In this document: positions 35,111 to 46,563 of the stretch, piece after piece
How positions within the stretch are numbered: the stretch's first letter is position 1
Layout of the letters: every line of letters starts with the position of its first letter
DNA from: Rhodosorus marinus CCMP1338
Lineage: Eukaryota > Plantae > Rhodophyta
Assembly (NCBI GenBank): GCA_029953675.1
Contig: JAMWBK010000001.1
Span: 1,240,001-1,304,000, forward strand
DNA: 64,000 bases
Reading direction: 5' to 3'
The notes under the pieces: model-generated
The model's input: the letters and a program-made list of their open reading frames with translations, nothing else
Databases searched by the model: none
Told to the model about the DNA's origin: nothing
Translations under genes and position numbers: made by a program

Positions 35111-37843
35111 CGCCACAGTCAAGGACTGCTCACAGGGCAATATTAGCGAATGCAAACTAAAATGCCGCTGTTCCCCTACCACCAGACAAGCGCATCAGAG
35201 CGGCATTAACTAGGCAATCTATGCTTCATCTCCTAGCGCCCCACCCCTAAAAGATGTCAGAAAGTGGGGACCAAAAGAGAAAAACAGTTACAAATTCGCA
35301 GAACTTTACATTATCATGGGTCATATATGATCTGGGCAATAGGCTCAAGTCTAGAACTATTCTCTTAGATTAGAGCTGGTATTCCTATATCTAACGTTGA
35401 CGTACGGGTTTGTGATATGCTACCCACTCTGTCCCCTAGATGTTTTATCTAATATTCCATGCTTAAAATTTCATATTTCGAATTATTCTTACTCTTCGAT
35501 TAATTATATTAATAATACAAGTTGTACTTCACCAGATACTCATTTACAACATATTTGTTTTTCATAAAGGTACTTAAAAGCTTTTTATTGGTAAAATCAC
35601 TGTCATCCGTCTTACACTATTTTTAATTCAAATTTATTTTATTCATGTAGTGAAATTATCTTCTTGTGTTTTCGAAGGTTTCGTGAAATTATTAATAATA
35701 TGAACAAAAAATAGCGTGCACCTAATCGCCTCATAATGCAATCTTGAAATATGGAAATGTTTAGCCAAAACAATCATTGACATAACTTGATTGGGTGGAC
35801 GGTAATACTAGTCTAATAAGTTAATTTTATTCTTATCACATTTATTCGTATTGAGTATGCTTTATCACCCTATGTGACATTATAGAGAAATTTCATTGTT
35901 TATTCAAAAATGCTACGCGATCGATTCCCCAAGACGATCTATTTTTGCTGACAGCTGACGCGATAGTGGATCCGCTTTTGTAATCTTAGAACGAAGTAAT
36001 TTTTATGCCATTTTGTGGATTAACTCTCTATGATTGGTTAATCTATTGTCAGTCAAGTGGCGAAAAAAATGTTTCTTACATAACATAAATATATTTTGAG
36101 GTATCAATGATGGAATTCGAAAGTTTTGTGTTTTGAGAGAATTTGTGGTTAACTTCTTATTATTCTTACAGTGTTTTATAGTTTCTTTAAATGATAGTTT
36201 TTTTGCAGGGGGGTTAATTTGTTGGGTTGACATGTGGGACATGTGGTTGGAGTAGAGAGGGGGTTGATGAGTGGGACTATACACGGGGATGGGTGGGTTG
36301 TGGCCTTGGGGGGGGAGGGGGGAGGAGGAAGAGTTTACTAACGACTTTTTTTTTCAAGGCGCTGTAGGAGTTTGAGATTGACTGTCTAACGACGTCCTCG
36401 AGAGCGGGAGTCGAGCTGCTGAAAACGAGAAAAGGTTCGAACGGGCTTAGGGGGTCATGACCTGTTCCCAATGATTGTGAGCAGGAGACTTCTTGCACTC
36501 ACCTAAGGAAGTGGGGTTTGGGTAGCCCGGTGGCCTGACGTGTCCAAAACATTCCGCGGGTAGTCAGGTAGGGAATTTCAGAGAACGGATGGATGGTAGT
36601 CAGCAGAACTAAATTCAAAAATATGTGCTCTGTCACACACCTCCCTCCGTACCAGGGATACATCCCTGAGGAGGAAGGGGATCCAGTTCTTGGCTTTCTG
36701 GAGGGGCACCTGTGACGGCACCTATGACTGCACCTGCGACCGCACCAGGGTCAGTCGCAATACCAGCGAATGCACCAGCGCCAGCAGCGACGGTTTTGCA
36801 TTTAGGATAGCCATTCCCACGGACACGAACAGGGGGGTTAAAATAATCTGAACGAATGTGCGGGTTTCACTCAACTATTATTGTTTCATAATCTCTCCTG
36901 CCTTCTTGAATAAATCTAATGCGAACCCCCCGTTGCGAGCTCGCTTCCAACCCCCCCTTTTGTTACTCTTGCATGAAAGGTGCTTCGAAAGCACATCACC
37001 GATGTTTGCTCTTTCTTCCGCACCAAAGACTATACCGCACATTACGTGCTGAAGGGTAGGGATTCCCCGCTCAACCCTAGGGCTATCGTTACACTGGTAT
37101 GTATTCCTGTACCTTATGAACCGCCCTCAGCGTTGTCAAGTCCCCTTCAAACCGTCCCAAGTCAAACCCAGCAGTACACATTAGTACAACACACTAATAC
37201 TATCCTCTCCTTCTCTAACCCCCCTCCCCAAACGACGTAACCCACACACGAGGACCCTCAACTTTCATTTCTACCCCCTTGCGAAAACCAAACCCGTCAC
37301 TCCCCTTTTTAAATTTTTCTCAAATAAACCCCATCCCCAAAAAATTACATTATCCAGAACAACATTAATAACAAAAAACAAAGATCTAAGTTACTCCATC
37401 CACCTCCCCATTCGCCATAAAAGACACGTGTTATAATATTTCCACCAATATGGATTTATTATAATAAAATTAAACCCTTCAAAAATTATACGTTCGCGGG
37501 AACCTGAAAATTAAACTAAACGATAAAAATTTCTACCTCGCTTCCCCCCCCCCCTCTTTTTTTGAGGATTAAAATAAAAAAAGGTTCCTAAAAGTTTTTG
37601 GTGTTCAAGAGACGGCGCTGTTTTTTTCGGTTTGCACTTTTCAGCTTTTAGAGAGTGGAAAGTAAAATCTCATCGCGGCTTGGCGATGATGGGGAAAAAA
37701 GTTTTACTTTTGAGAGACAATGGCTTCAGCCACCTTTATGGCTACGGAGAGGTGGAAGGGTATATAAGGTGGTGGGCTGGGAAGAGGGGGGGGGGGGGGG
37801 GGTGGAAGAGGCAAGTGCCTAGTGGATTTTTTGGGCAGGAAGG

Positions 37844-39235
37844 ATGGCGAGGTTAGTGTTTGTGGTTGCGTTGGTGTTTGCGGCGGCGGCGCTGGTGTCC
37901 GATGTGGCGTCGGTTGCTGTTGGTGATACGGAGGCGTCCGAGCGTCAGGTGATCTTTCCACCGGTGATCATCTTGCCTCCAAAGATTCCGATTCCGAGAT
38001 ATACGTACGTCGAGGATACTGTGTGCATCCCGGTGAGGAAGGTGGTCGGCGACTTGAAGAATCTGAAGAACATGAAGGTCCGTCTGAATAACTACGGCAA
38101 GTGGCGTGGTTTGAACAAGAAGTTTCTGGATAAAACCGGGAGCTACTTCCAGATGCCCGACAGGAAGAGGAAGTTCATCAACTTGCCAGCGACCAATGAG
38201 GTAAAATACCCGCTGTTTCCGCTCTCCGTCAAGGAGTACTACGAGGGCTACCTCAGCGACATTCGAACCGATGAAGTCACCATCTCCCTCGCCAACCTCG
38301 GAAGCGCCGACGCACATGTCGTGGTCACCATTGATTCGGAGACGAAAGGCAAGGAGTTCCGTATGGGATGCACCGACAGGAAAAAGAAGAAGCCGTGCTC
38401 CAAGAAGAAGCAGAACTACACTGGACAGATGAAGAACATCGTTACCCGCGTCTACATGAAGATCAATACCGACGCCAAGGACAGATACGAGGGATTTCTC
38501 AGCTACTCCTTCGTGGACTTTGATTTCAACATCAGCATGCACCCTTGGATTGTCTCCAACACCGACCTGATCAATCGCGGTGGTCTTGCGGCCTACATCC
38601 CGAAGATCAAAGATGCCATGGAAGACGTCCTGATCTCCCAGATCAAGAAGGAGACGTTCCAGAAGCTGGTCATGAAGAAGCTCAACAAGAGAATCCTCAA
38701 GGAACTCAGGGAGTACTACCTCAAGCGAGCTCTGAGCTTCAACTATCCCAAGCCTCCGAAGTCCAAGGACGTGGAGAAGTGGATCAAGTCGAGCTTGACG
38801 ATCAAGAAGTGGTACTACAACAGGAGAGGTTACCTGTGCATGATGACGAGGTACCGAAAGTGGGTCGACCACAGCTACGTCGAGCTCATATCCTTCTCCC
38901 CGGACAACTCCGCCGTTGCCGACTTCTGCCCCTTCTCGTTCCCGTTCACCGCCAAGCTTTCAGTCGCCGGGCCGGTCTCCATCGAAGCGAGAATCGACTT
39001 CTCCGACGGCGATTCGAGCGAGCCGGTCAAGTGGGCGTACCTGGTGGAAGAAACGAGCTCCCGAGGCATATCACACTCGATCAAGGGCACGCAGCTCTCG
39101 GAAAAAGCCATGTACGCTCAGCTTGTTCTCGAGTACAAGGGCATCTTCGGAAATACCTTCAAGATCAGGTCCCCCGATCGCGCCGCGTTCATCAAAGCAA
39201 GGTGTCTGGGATTCGTCGCCTTGCCCAAGCCCTGA
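37844..39235 (+). CDS. Secreted Lys-rich protein of unknown function, 463 aa
   Basis: Long intact ORF with strong C/G third-position bias; signal peptide MARLVFVVALVFAAAALVS; TATAT/AA-like sequence at about 37761; no family motif recognised. Confidence 0.88.
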   Translation: MARLVFVVALVFAAAALVSDVASVAVGDTEASERQVIFPPVIILPPKIPIPRYTYVEDTVCIPVRKVVGDLKNLKNMKVRLNNYGKWRGLNKKFLDKTGSYFQMPDRKRKFINLPATNEVKYPLFPLSVKEYYEGYLSDIRTDEVTISLANLGSADAHVVVTIDSETKGKEFRMGCTDRKKKKPCSKKKQNYTGQMKNIVTRVYMKINTDAKDRYEGFLSYSFVDFDFNISMHPWIVSNTDLINRGGLAAYIPKIKDAMEDVLISQIKKETFQKLVMKKLNKRILKELREYYLKRALSFNYPKPPKSKDVEKWIKSSLTIKKWYYNRRGYLCMMTRYRKWVDHSYVELISFSPDNSAVADFCPFSFPFTAKLSVAGPVSIEARIDFSDGDSSEPVKWAYLVEETSSRGISHSIKGTQLSEKAMYAQLVLEYKGIFGNTFKIRSPDRAAFIKARCLGFVALPKP

Positions 39236-39599
39236 TCGCCGCCGATGACTTGGAGCAGCTGCTCTGGATGTGATTCCGCTGCACGCTTGGGGTTGCCGGG
39301 AGGATGTGCGTGGAGAACCTCCTTTCTCCCTCAAGACGCCACCCAGGTTTTTGAAACGGTGATGTCCCAGCAATGAAAAGGGCGACTGTCCCACTTTGTG
39401 GGACATGGGACAAAGACGACGTTATTTTTTTTTTTGTTTAATGGATACGAGCGGTGATAATAAAATACGCTATAGACTCATTTTAGACGTTGGAATCTTA
39501 ACTATTTAGCGTGAATTTACATCGACGAACGAATTTACATCGGCGCTATTTACATTTATTTAGTATATCTGATTGCTAGATTAGAATCCGAGTCATGCT

Positions 39600-40190
39600 A
39601 CCCATATGGATATTTTTGCGGTCCGTTCTCTGCCGGAAAACGAAAGGAAAGATGCCTCGCGGTATTTGTGAACGAGTGCGACAAGCTGGATCTCGCTCTT
39701 CGCGCTCACGAAGAAGAGTGAGGTGGACGAAGCAATGCGGGACGCGATCTGACTTAATCTTTCTCACCCTTGAGCCGTATTGGGTTTGAAAAGTCATGAT
39801 CGCCTCTAGCATCGCTTCGTCCACCTCGCTCTTCTTCGTTAGCAAGAAGCGCGAGATCCAGCTTATCGCTCGATCTGACTTAATCTTTCTCACCCTTGAG
39901 CGGTATTGAGTTTTAAAAGTCGTGATCACTTCTCGCATCGCTTCGTCCACGTCGCTCTTCTTCGTGAGCGCGAAGAGCGTCATCCAGCTTGTACCCTCGT
40001 CTACAAATACCGCGAGGTATCTTTTTCTTTCGTATATCGGCAGGGAACGGACCGCAAGTATCCGTATTTGCGTATCCGCGGGGTCCTGGAGGGGTTGTTT
40101 TAGGGTGTCTGCCGTTGTTTGAGCCTTTCCTCTCGAAACACGTAGTTGTGGAAGTTCAGGTACGCAAGCATCTGAAATTTCCACCTACCG
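39600..40190 (-). mobile_element. Ty1/copia integrase remnant with internal direct and inverted duplications
   Basis: KRYLAVFVDEGTSWMTLFALTKKSDVDEAMREVITTFKTQYRSRVRKIKSDR fits the copia rve core (y...FVDd.sr..wv..l..Ks.......f..q....ik.irSD). Confidence 0.8.
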
Positions 40191-40539
40191 AAGGCCGACC
40201 TGTTCCCTTCTCTCCCCGAGAAGGGTTCAAGGATCCTCAACCCCCGTAGCAAACCGCCACCCTCTCTTTCCCCCCTCGCCATCACGATCCAGAAAAAGAA
40301 ATTACCTATCGCCTTACCACGCGATCACGAGACCATGTTCACAAAATTGGACTCGACCCACATTTTCCCCCCGGAACCGGTACACCTTCTGTATTGATCC
40401 CTAACGTGCCTGAGTATCTACAATTCATTGAGTATTCGATCGGGTAGTCCACCGTCGTACGACGAGGACGGTCGACCCAGATCATTCATGATACAATCGT
40501 CAAGGTTACTACATACCGGTTGTCGACGATGAATGAATT

Positions 40540-40930
40540 CGTTTAATCGGAGACTGAAAAAACCCGCGGGGAAAAAAAGGACAAAACGCGGCGAAGATCG
40601 CGCGCCTCCAACATCAAAACAGCGTTCATACGCCACAGCAAGAAACTTAAACGGGTAAACAACGAGGACAGACGGTCAGGGCGTTCGCGGAACACTTCCC
40701 GAAGCCAACCAGAACCAACGGAATCCATAAACCCACAGCAACAATGACCAATGACCAGAGGTAGCAGGCGATGCGCTAGAGCCGAAGAACGAATACCTGG
40801 GGAAGACAAAGCCCCCCAATATTTCAACTCTTTGCGACGTCTCATACTGGCATAGGCAAATCCAGACGGCGCTCTTCCGCGGCCGGCAAATAACGACTAG
40901 CCTGAGGAGTAGGAACAGCAAGATCAACGT
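40540..40930 (-). mobile_element. Family B 3' remnant
   Basis: ORF RRRKELKYWGALSSPGIRSSALAHRL...GFMDSVGSGWLREVFRERPDRL...LWRMNA. Confidence 0.88.
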
Positions 40931-41483
40931 ACGTCATAACGCGTCTATGCTATCTTCAAGAGTTCCCATCTACGATGTGGCTCTACTACCGCAGTACCCA
41001 CTTATGTATGATCCCGAACGGCCTCACCGGCCAACACTGCCTCACCGGCCAACACTTTAGAAGGCTCTTGGCCGAGCTTGGGGATGGAGAAGAAGGCCAT
41101 AGTTACGAAGGCTTAGTACCACCCGCACAATGACAGTCTTGCTTGTCTGGTTTTTGCTTCTGGGGGAGGTGTAGGAGGAGGGTGGCCGTTCGACGACTCG
41201 AGAGCGAGGGGAGTTGTCGCTGCGCACGTCATGCGCCACCGCAAGGAGGTGTTGTACCAGGAGGCCAATACGAACATCATCACCCTGCAGCAACCTGTGC
41301 CATGCTGGTTTGTTTCGGTTGTTATTGGGGTCTTTGGATTCATCGAGAGTTCACGGGCGACTTGGCTTCGGGATTCCTTTCCGCGGTCGTGATGAGACAC
41401 TCTCGCTTTTCATCCCCTCTTTGAGCCTTAACGCTGTAATGTTCCAATGCGACCTTAGTCATAGAGGCCCGCTCTCTTAAACT

Positions 41484-41597
41484 GGACTTTACTAGCATAG
41501 CCTGAAGCGCTACGCAAGGCGTGAAGATGAACTAGTGACTAGGGAGGGAAGCATGCAACCCCAGGCGCCGATGGCGCGCCTCGGAAAGCATGTCACT
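41484..41597 (-). mobile_element. Very short family A insertion (3' end only) with 13-bp TSD
   Basis: TSD GCTCTCTTAAACT at 41471-41483 and 41598-41610; tail GGACTTTACTAGCATAGCC. Confidence 0.9.
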
Positions 41598-42755
41598 GCT
41601 CTCTTAAACTAGCTTAGCCTTTTTCCTCTCATGGTTGTGGTATCTGAACAAACGACTTCGATTTGATCGGGGGAGATCTGTTCTACGGAAGCAAGAAATT
41701 ACAAACCAAAGATGAGAGTATGGAACTCAGAGATTGGCTTTGGCCGAACCGCAGCATGACCAACCGAACCGAAAAGAATGGAGCAACCATGAAAAGCAGC
41801 AGTCGTGGTTCTACAAAACAATCTAATGCGTTTCTGCCCAAGTCGGGAGAAGACAAGACAAGCCGTACAGGAGTTGGAACTTCACGACCGCGACGAGATA
41901 CATGAGGACGGCGGATTGGAAGTTGAGGAACAGGATGTTGTCGTCGACAGCCTGGAGGATGATCACATGCCAGAAGTCGCGTCGATCCTGATGGCGTCAC
42001 CGCAGGAACCTGCACCGGAATCAAGTATCGGACACTGGAAAGGTGAAAGGCTTCTCCGGAATGTGGTAGAATCCGAATTAAATGAATCGTTTTATGGCAG
42101 GACCAGATCGTAACTTCGGAACTGCCTTCATTACTTGAAGCAATCAGTTCATAGTAAAATACTCTATAAATTTCAATTTTAATCGGAAAGTTCTTACCGT
42201 ATAATTGTGTATATGGACGGAGTTTCCCATGTCCGGTTTAGCTGGTTCAGCTGGTGCCGCTTCCGACGGGTCGACAAAGGCCACAGCATTCGTCCATATG
42301 AAGGGTGCAAGAAGGAACCCGTGCGTGAGATTCGTGGTCAGAACCGGGGTTCACGGGGTGCACCACACCCCACGTTCATGAGCGTGGGCACTATGGCGAA
42401 CGCAAACGATAAGAGGTGTAGCTGCCATAAACCCTGGGAGCCTAAAGCTCGCCAAGAGAACACACTGGTCGTCCTAAACGAAAAGCACAAGAGGCAACCA
42501 GTGCGTGAGGTTCTTGATCGGAACCGTGCTCTGTCGGAGTATGCACTCATTCCTTTACCTTCGTCAGCGGGGCTACTATGACATAGAAGAAGCTCCAGGG
42601 TGCAATAGTCTTAGCTACCACAAACCAGGTCTCATTGCGTCTTGCAGATCCTTCCGAGCGCGTGACAAAATGCACCAAAACGGTCATCGCGACCGTGTCC
42701 AGGTAAACTGCAAATCAATCAAATTAAGAAATAAATAATAATGCATTAACTAAAA

Positions 42756-43934
42756 GTCTTGCTTCCCAGCGTACCGGAAAGCGCCCAAGACTTGTTTCTG
42801 GAGCTCCAAACCGCCCTGAATTCCTGTACTAGTCTCCCCGAAACCGTTCAACCCCGTCTTCCTGACTGGCGAGCTGTATTTGACCGCTCTCGAGGCTCCG
42901 CCCCGGGGATTCGTCCTGCGCCTGAACCTGTTCTAGGGGAGATTGACCCAGTGGTTGCCACAGAAGAAGAAGTTCCAGTTGATCCTCCTGATGATTCCCA
43001 GCGCGCTGGGAGCCGAGCTCAAGCACGCACGGATGCGCTGCAAAATATCCTTTCTTGGGACTTGCACCGTGCTGCATATGGCCGACTCCTCGCGCAGATG
43101 GTCTCATCTTCTCGCGCTCGCGCCCGCCTACGTAGTCTTGGAGGGGTTCTTAGCTCTCAGTGGCTCATGACCGTACCAGCCTTTCCGCCACTCACACTGT
43201 CGGATTTCGAAGTGCGTACTTCACTGCGCTTATACCTCGGCTTACATCAGCCCCCTTGGCCGTACGAGATGGGTTCGTCGTGCCCTCTCTGCTCTCAGAC
43301 TGAAGACAACGCAGATTTTGGCGCCCACCTGCTCGCTAGTTGCCCGGCGGTGAAAGGTGCTCGAACCCGCCGCCACACACGGATCTTGAACCTGTTATAC
43401 GGGGAACTTCGGCCTATAGTCCGGCAAGCCGGTCTGGAAATCGAACGTGAGAAACCTTTACCCGTCGCGGACTTTCAAAATGATGAACGCCGTGTAGCCG
43501 ACCTGGTGATCACCTGTGACGACAGCCGCCGTACCACATACGTTGATCTTGCTGTTCCTAACCCTCAAGCTAGTCGTTATCTCCCGGCTGCGGGGGAGCG
43601 CCGTGGATCTGCCGCCACCAGCATGAGACGCCGCAAAGAGATCAAATACGCGGGGGCTTTGTCTTCCCCTGGTGTTCGTGCTTCGGCATTAGCACATCGC
43701 TTGGTACCCCTGATCATTGAGTGCTTTGGGTTCATGGACTCTGTTGGTTCTCGCTGGCTTCGGGAGTTGTTCCGCGAACGCCCTGACCGTCTTCAATCGT
43801 TGTTTACCCGCTTAAGTTTCCTGCTGTGGCGCATGAATGCCGCTTTGATGTTGGAGGCGCGAGTACTTCGCCGCGCTTAGTCTTTTTTTCCCCTCGGGTT
43901 TTTTTTTTCAGCCTCCGATTAAACCATTCGTTCG
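42756..43934 (+). mobile_element. Family B 5'-truncated copy with intact 373-codon frame (42759-43880)
   Basis: Nearly identical protein to 22367-23220; candidate 8-bp TSD AACTAAAA at 42748-42755 and 43935-43942. Confidence 0.93.
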
Positions 43935-44546
43935 AACTAAAATCATAATCGTAAATATTGATATTGGCCCGGTCTTCGGGACAGTTTGGGACAGCAACTT
44001 GCGCGGCACCGTTCCCGTCCGGAGGTGCGTTTGTAGCTCCAGGAGGTGGCCAAGGCGTCTACATCGGGCCTTGGAGACGCATACCTCTGAAAATGAGAGG
44101 TCCCCCAAAGTCTCTCCGCTGACAGAAGGCTACGGAAAGGTGGATATGGAGGTCTCGATACTGGTCTGGAAAGGAAGCGGGAGCTGGGGCTGTTGCTGGC
44201 GGAGTGGAAAGCGGGGTATTGGGAGTTTTGGGAAGGGGATTTTGGGCTTTATTCACAAGTTCTGAGAGTATTGAGTTATATCGGCGTTCAATCATGACCA
44301 GTACGTCCCTCAGCTAAGAACCTTGTTAGATCTATCCTCTTCACCTAGTCAATTGTTGCGGTGGCAAGAACAAACGGGATTGAAAAGGCTGTCGGCGTAC
44401 AACGATCCCAAATACAATTCTCCTGTGGAGAGACACGGAGTTCCGACCGGTAACCATCCTGGCTTGCACGGGGGTGGAACCGGCAGGATCCAATCGTTGT
44501 CGCAGGAATTGTAGCAGAGGGGAATAGCCTCGGCTTGCCTCGCAGC

Positions 44547-45626
44547 CTAAGCGTTGATCGGCTGCACCGGTTCAACCTCGGGGGTGTAGATCGGCTGCAC
44601 CGGTTCAACCTCGGGGGTGTAGATCGGCTGCACCGGTTCAACCTCGGGGGTGTAGATCGGCTGCACCGGTTCAACCTCGGGGGTGTAGATCGGCTGCACC
44701 GGTTCAACCTCGCGAGTGTAGATCGGCTGCACTGGCTCAACCTCGGGGGTGTAGATCGGCTGCACTGGCTCAACCTCGGGGGTGTAGATCGGCTGCACTG
44801 GCTCAACCTCGGGGGTGTAGATCGGCTGCACTGGCTCAACCTCGCGAGTGTAGATCGGCTGCACTGGCTCCACCTCGGGGGTGTAGATCGGCTGCACTGG
44901 CTCTACCTCCGGCGTGTAGATCGGCTGCACTGGCTCAACCTCGGGGGTGTAGATCGGCTGCACTGGCTCAACCTCGGGGGTGTAGATCGGCTGCACTGGC
45001 TCTACCTCGGGCGTGTAGATCGGCTGCACCGGCTCTACCTCGGGCGTGTAGATCGGCTGCACCGGCTCTACCTCGGGCGTGTAGATCGGCTGCACCGGCT
45101 CAAACTCGGGGGTGTAGATTGGCTGCACTGGCTCAACCTCGCGAGTGTAGATCGGCTGCACTGGCTCAACCTTGGGGGTGTAGATCGGCTGCACTGGATC
45201 AACCTCGGGAGTGTAGATCGGCTGCACTGGCTTCACATCGCCAGTTCCTTCCCCTTCTTGGCTGCCTCTCTCGCTGTAGATCGGGTGCACTGGCTTCACA
45301 TCGGTGTCCGATACTGGCTGAATTGTGTGCTGCTCGAGTTCACAGATGCAGGAGTCGGAATTTGGGGCTGCTTCCCTTGTGTAGAAACCGTCGATGCCAT
45401 ACTGACTGCAGGCGTTTCCTTCAGCAACAATATGCTTAGTGCAGAGGGGCTTATACTGGCAGTCTGTAAAGACGCAAAGGTAGTCCTGAAGATGTAGGAA
45501 AAAGGGCGAGGTTAGACTATCTCAGCCGGACAAAGACTACGGGAAGTTGTTACTTCTTACCTTAGTGGGGACGGCTACGGCCAAGGCCACGACCATCAGG
45601 GCAACTAACCCAAAGCTGCTCTTCAT
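44547..45626 (-). CDS. Secreted repeat glycoprotein-like protein (exons 45626-45561, 45485-44547; 334 aa to the TAG; in-frame second Cys domain continues to 44349)
   Basis: MKSSFGLVALMVVALAVAVPTK signal exon; 75-nt GTAAG...CTAAC...TTCAG intron; 6-Cys domain LCVFTDC...CICE; 20 x PEVEPVQPIYT. Confidence 0.85.
44550..45209 (-). repeat. Coding minisatellite, 20 x 33 bp
   Basis: Unit CCCGAGGTTGAACCGGTGCAGCCGATCTACACC with variants; encodes (P/R)EVEPVQPIYT. Confidence 0.97.
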
Positions 45627-46254
45627 CTTCCTCTTCGCTTAGTCTACTTTTCTTGGTTTTTCTTTTTCGTTGCAGTCTATTTGGTTGTCTTCTTTTTGTT
45701 GTTGTTGTATTCTTCCCCCGAAACAATCGCCAGCATCCCACCCATCTCCTTCACTTATATAGTCTTTCGAACCTCCATTGGCAAGCGCATTGGATCCTCG
45801 CGCAACTGTGCTTGCTGGACACGGTTTCTAAAAACGGAAAGCGTTTGCGAAGATATACCTGGACGCTCTCTTGAAGTTCAAGTCGTCATTTCGATGCTGC
45901 TCTCCCTAGTAATACGTTGAGGACCGCTGTAAACTTGAGAGCGGGCTCATTGATCTGGACACTGTCCCCTCTCCTGGATGGAATGACTGGACGAGCTGGA
46001 AAATCTATTTTCTACCTTGAACATGTCGGTTAGGTTTCTTGTCGTCTTCGAAGACAAGAAAAACTGAGGGGAAGGTAGGTAGCCTATGCTTTTATCCTCG
46101 TGCCCGCCGTGGTTGCTGGTCGAAGTTTTGGTATTCCGTAGGGCGGACTGTGATCTTTGGAGGGCTCCATTTTCTGTCAGAGGTTTTCCAGCTATGTAAG
46201 GCAAAACTACAGAAATGTTACCGCTCGCAAGTACGCTGGAGAGAGCCTTTCACT

Positions 46255-46563
46255 GGACTTTACTAGCATAGCCTGAAGCGCTACGCAAGGCGTGAAGATG
46301 AACTAATAACTAGGGAGGGAAGTATGCAACCCCAGGCGCCGATGGCGCGCCTCGGAAAGCATGTGGCTGGAATATCGCCAAAGGGAGACACTTAAACGCC
46401 TCAAGAGCGCCAAATATTCAGTAGGATGCTCAGCAAAACATTTCCGCAACCACTCTAAACCCGACTTATCGACGTGACCAAAGCTTTCCACAATGAATGG
46501 CTGGAACCGGTGAGAGCGACCCTCAGCGCAAGGCAGACTGGCCATGCTCTCAGCATACCGTCG
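46255..46563 (-). mobile_element. Family A 3' fragment with 11-bp TSD and complex 5' junction
   Basis: RRYAESMASLPCAEGRSHRFQPFIVESFG...; AGCCTTTCACT at 46244, 46580 and 46601. Confidence 0.9.

Noticed and set aside
36700-36800. 4 x 12-nt GCACC repeats that could encode a Gly-zipper (minus strand) or APxT repeats (plus strand)
   Set aside because: No start or consistent spliced model could be built; the strand is ambiguous.
37853-38872. 339-aa antisense ORF; likewise 50881-51609 and the short antisense ORFs over 56755-60540
   Set aside because: Shadows of codon bias on well-supported sense genes.
41660-42113. Acidic ORF fragments with a faint hAT dimerisation-like WSNHEK...NLMRF pattern
   Set aside because: The similarity is too short and is split across frames.
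42380-42570. KRCSCHKPW...LVVLN as a Mutator SWIM zinc-finger remnant
   Set aside because: The second Cys/His pair is absent; cannot be supported without an HMM search.
44550-45209. 33-bp repeats as a CRISPR-like array
   Set aside because: Contiguous units without unique spacers, coding in frame, eukaryotic context.
44535-45497. 320-aa plus-strand ORF (GGVDRLHWLNL)n
   Set aside because: Mirror of the minisatellite; the minus strand has the signal exon, canonical intron and Cys domains.
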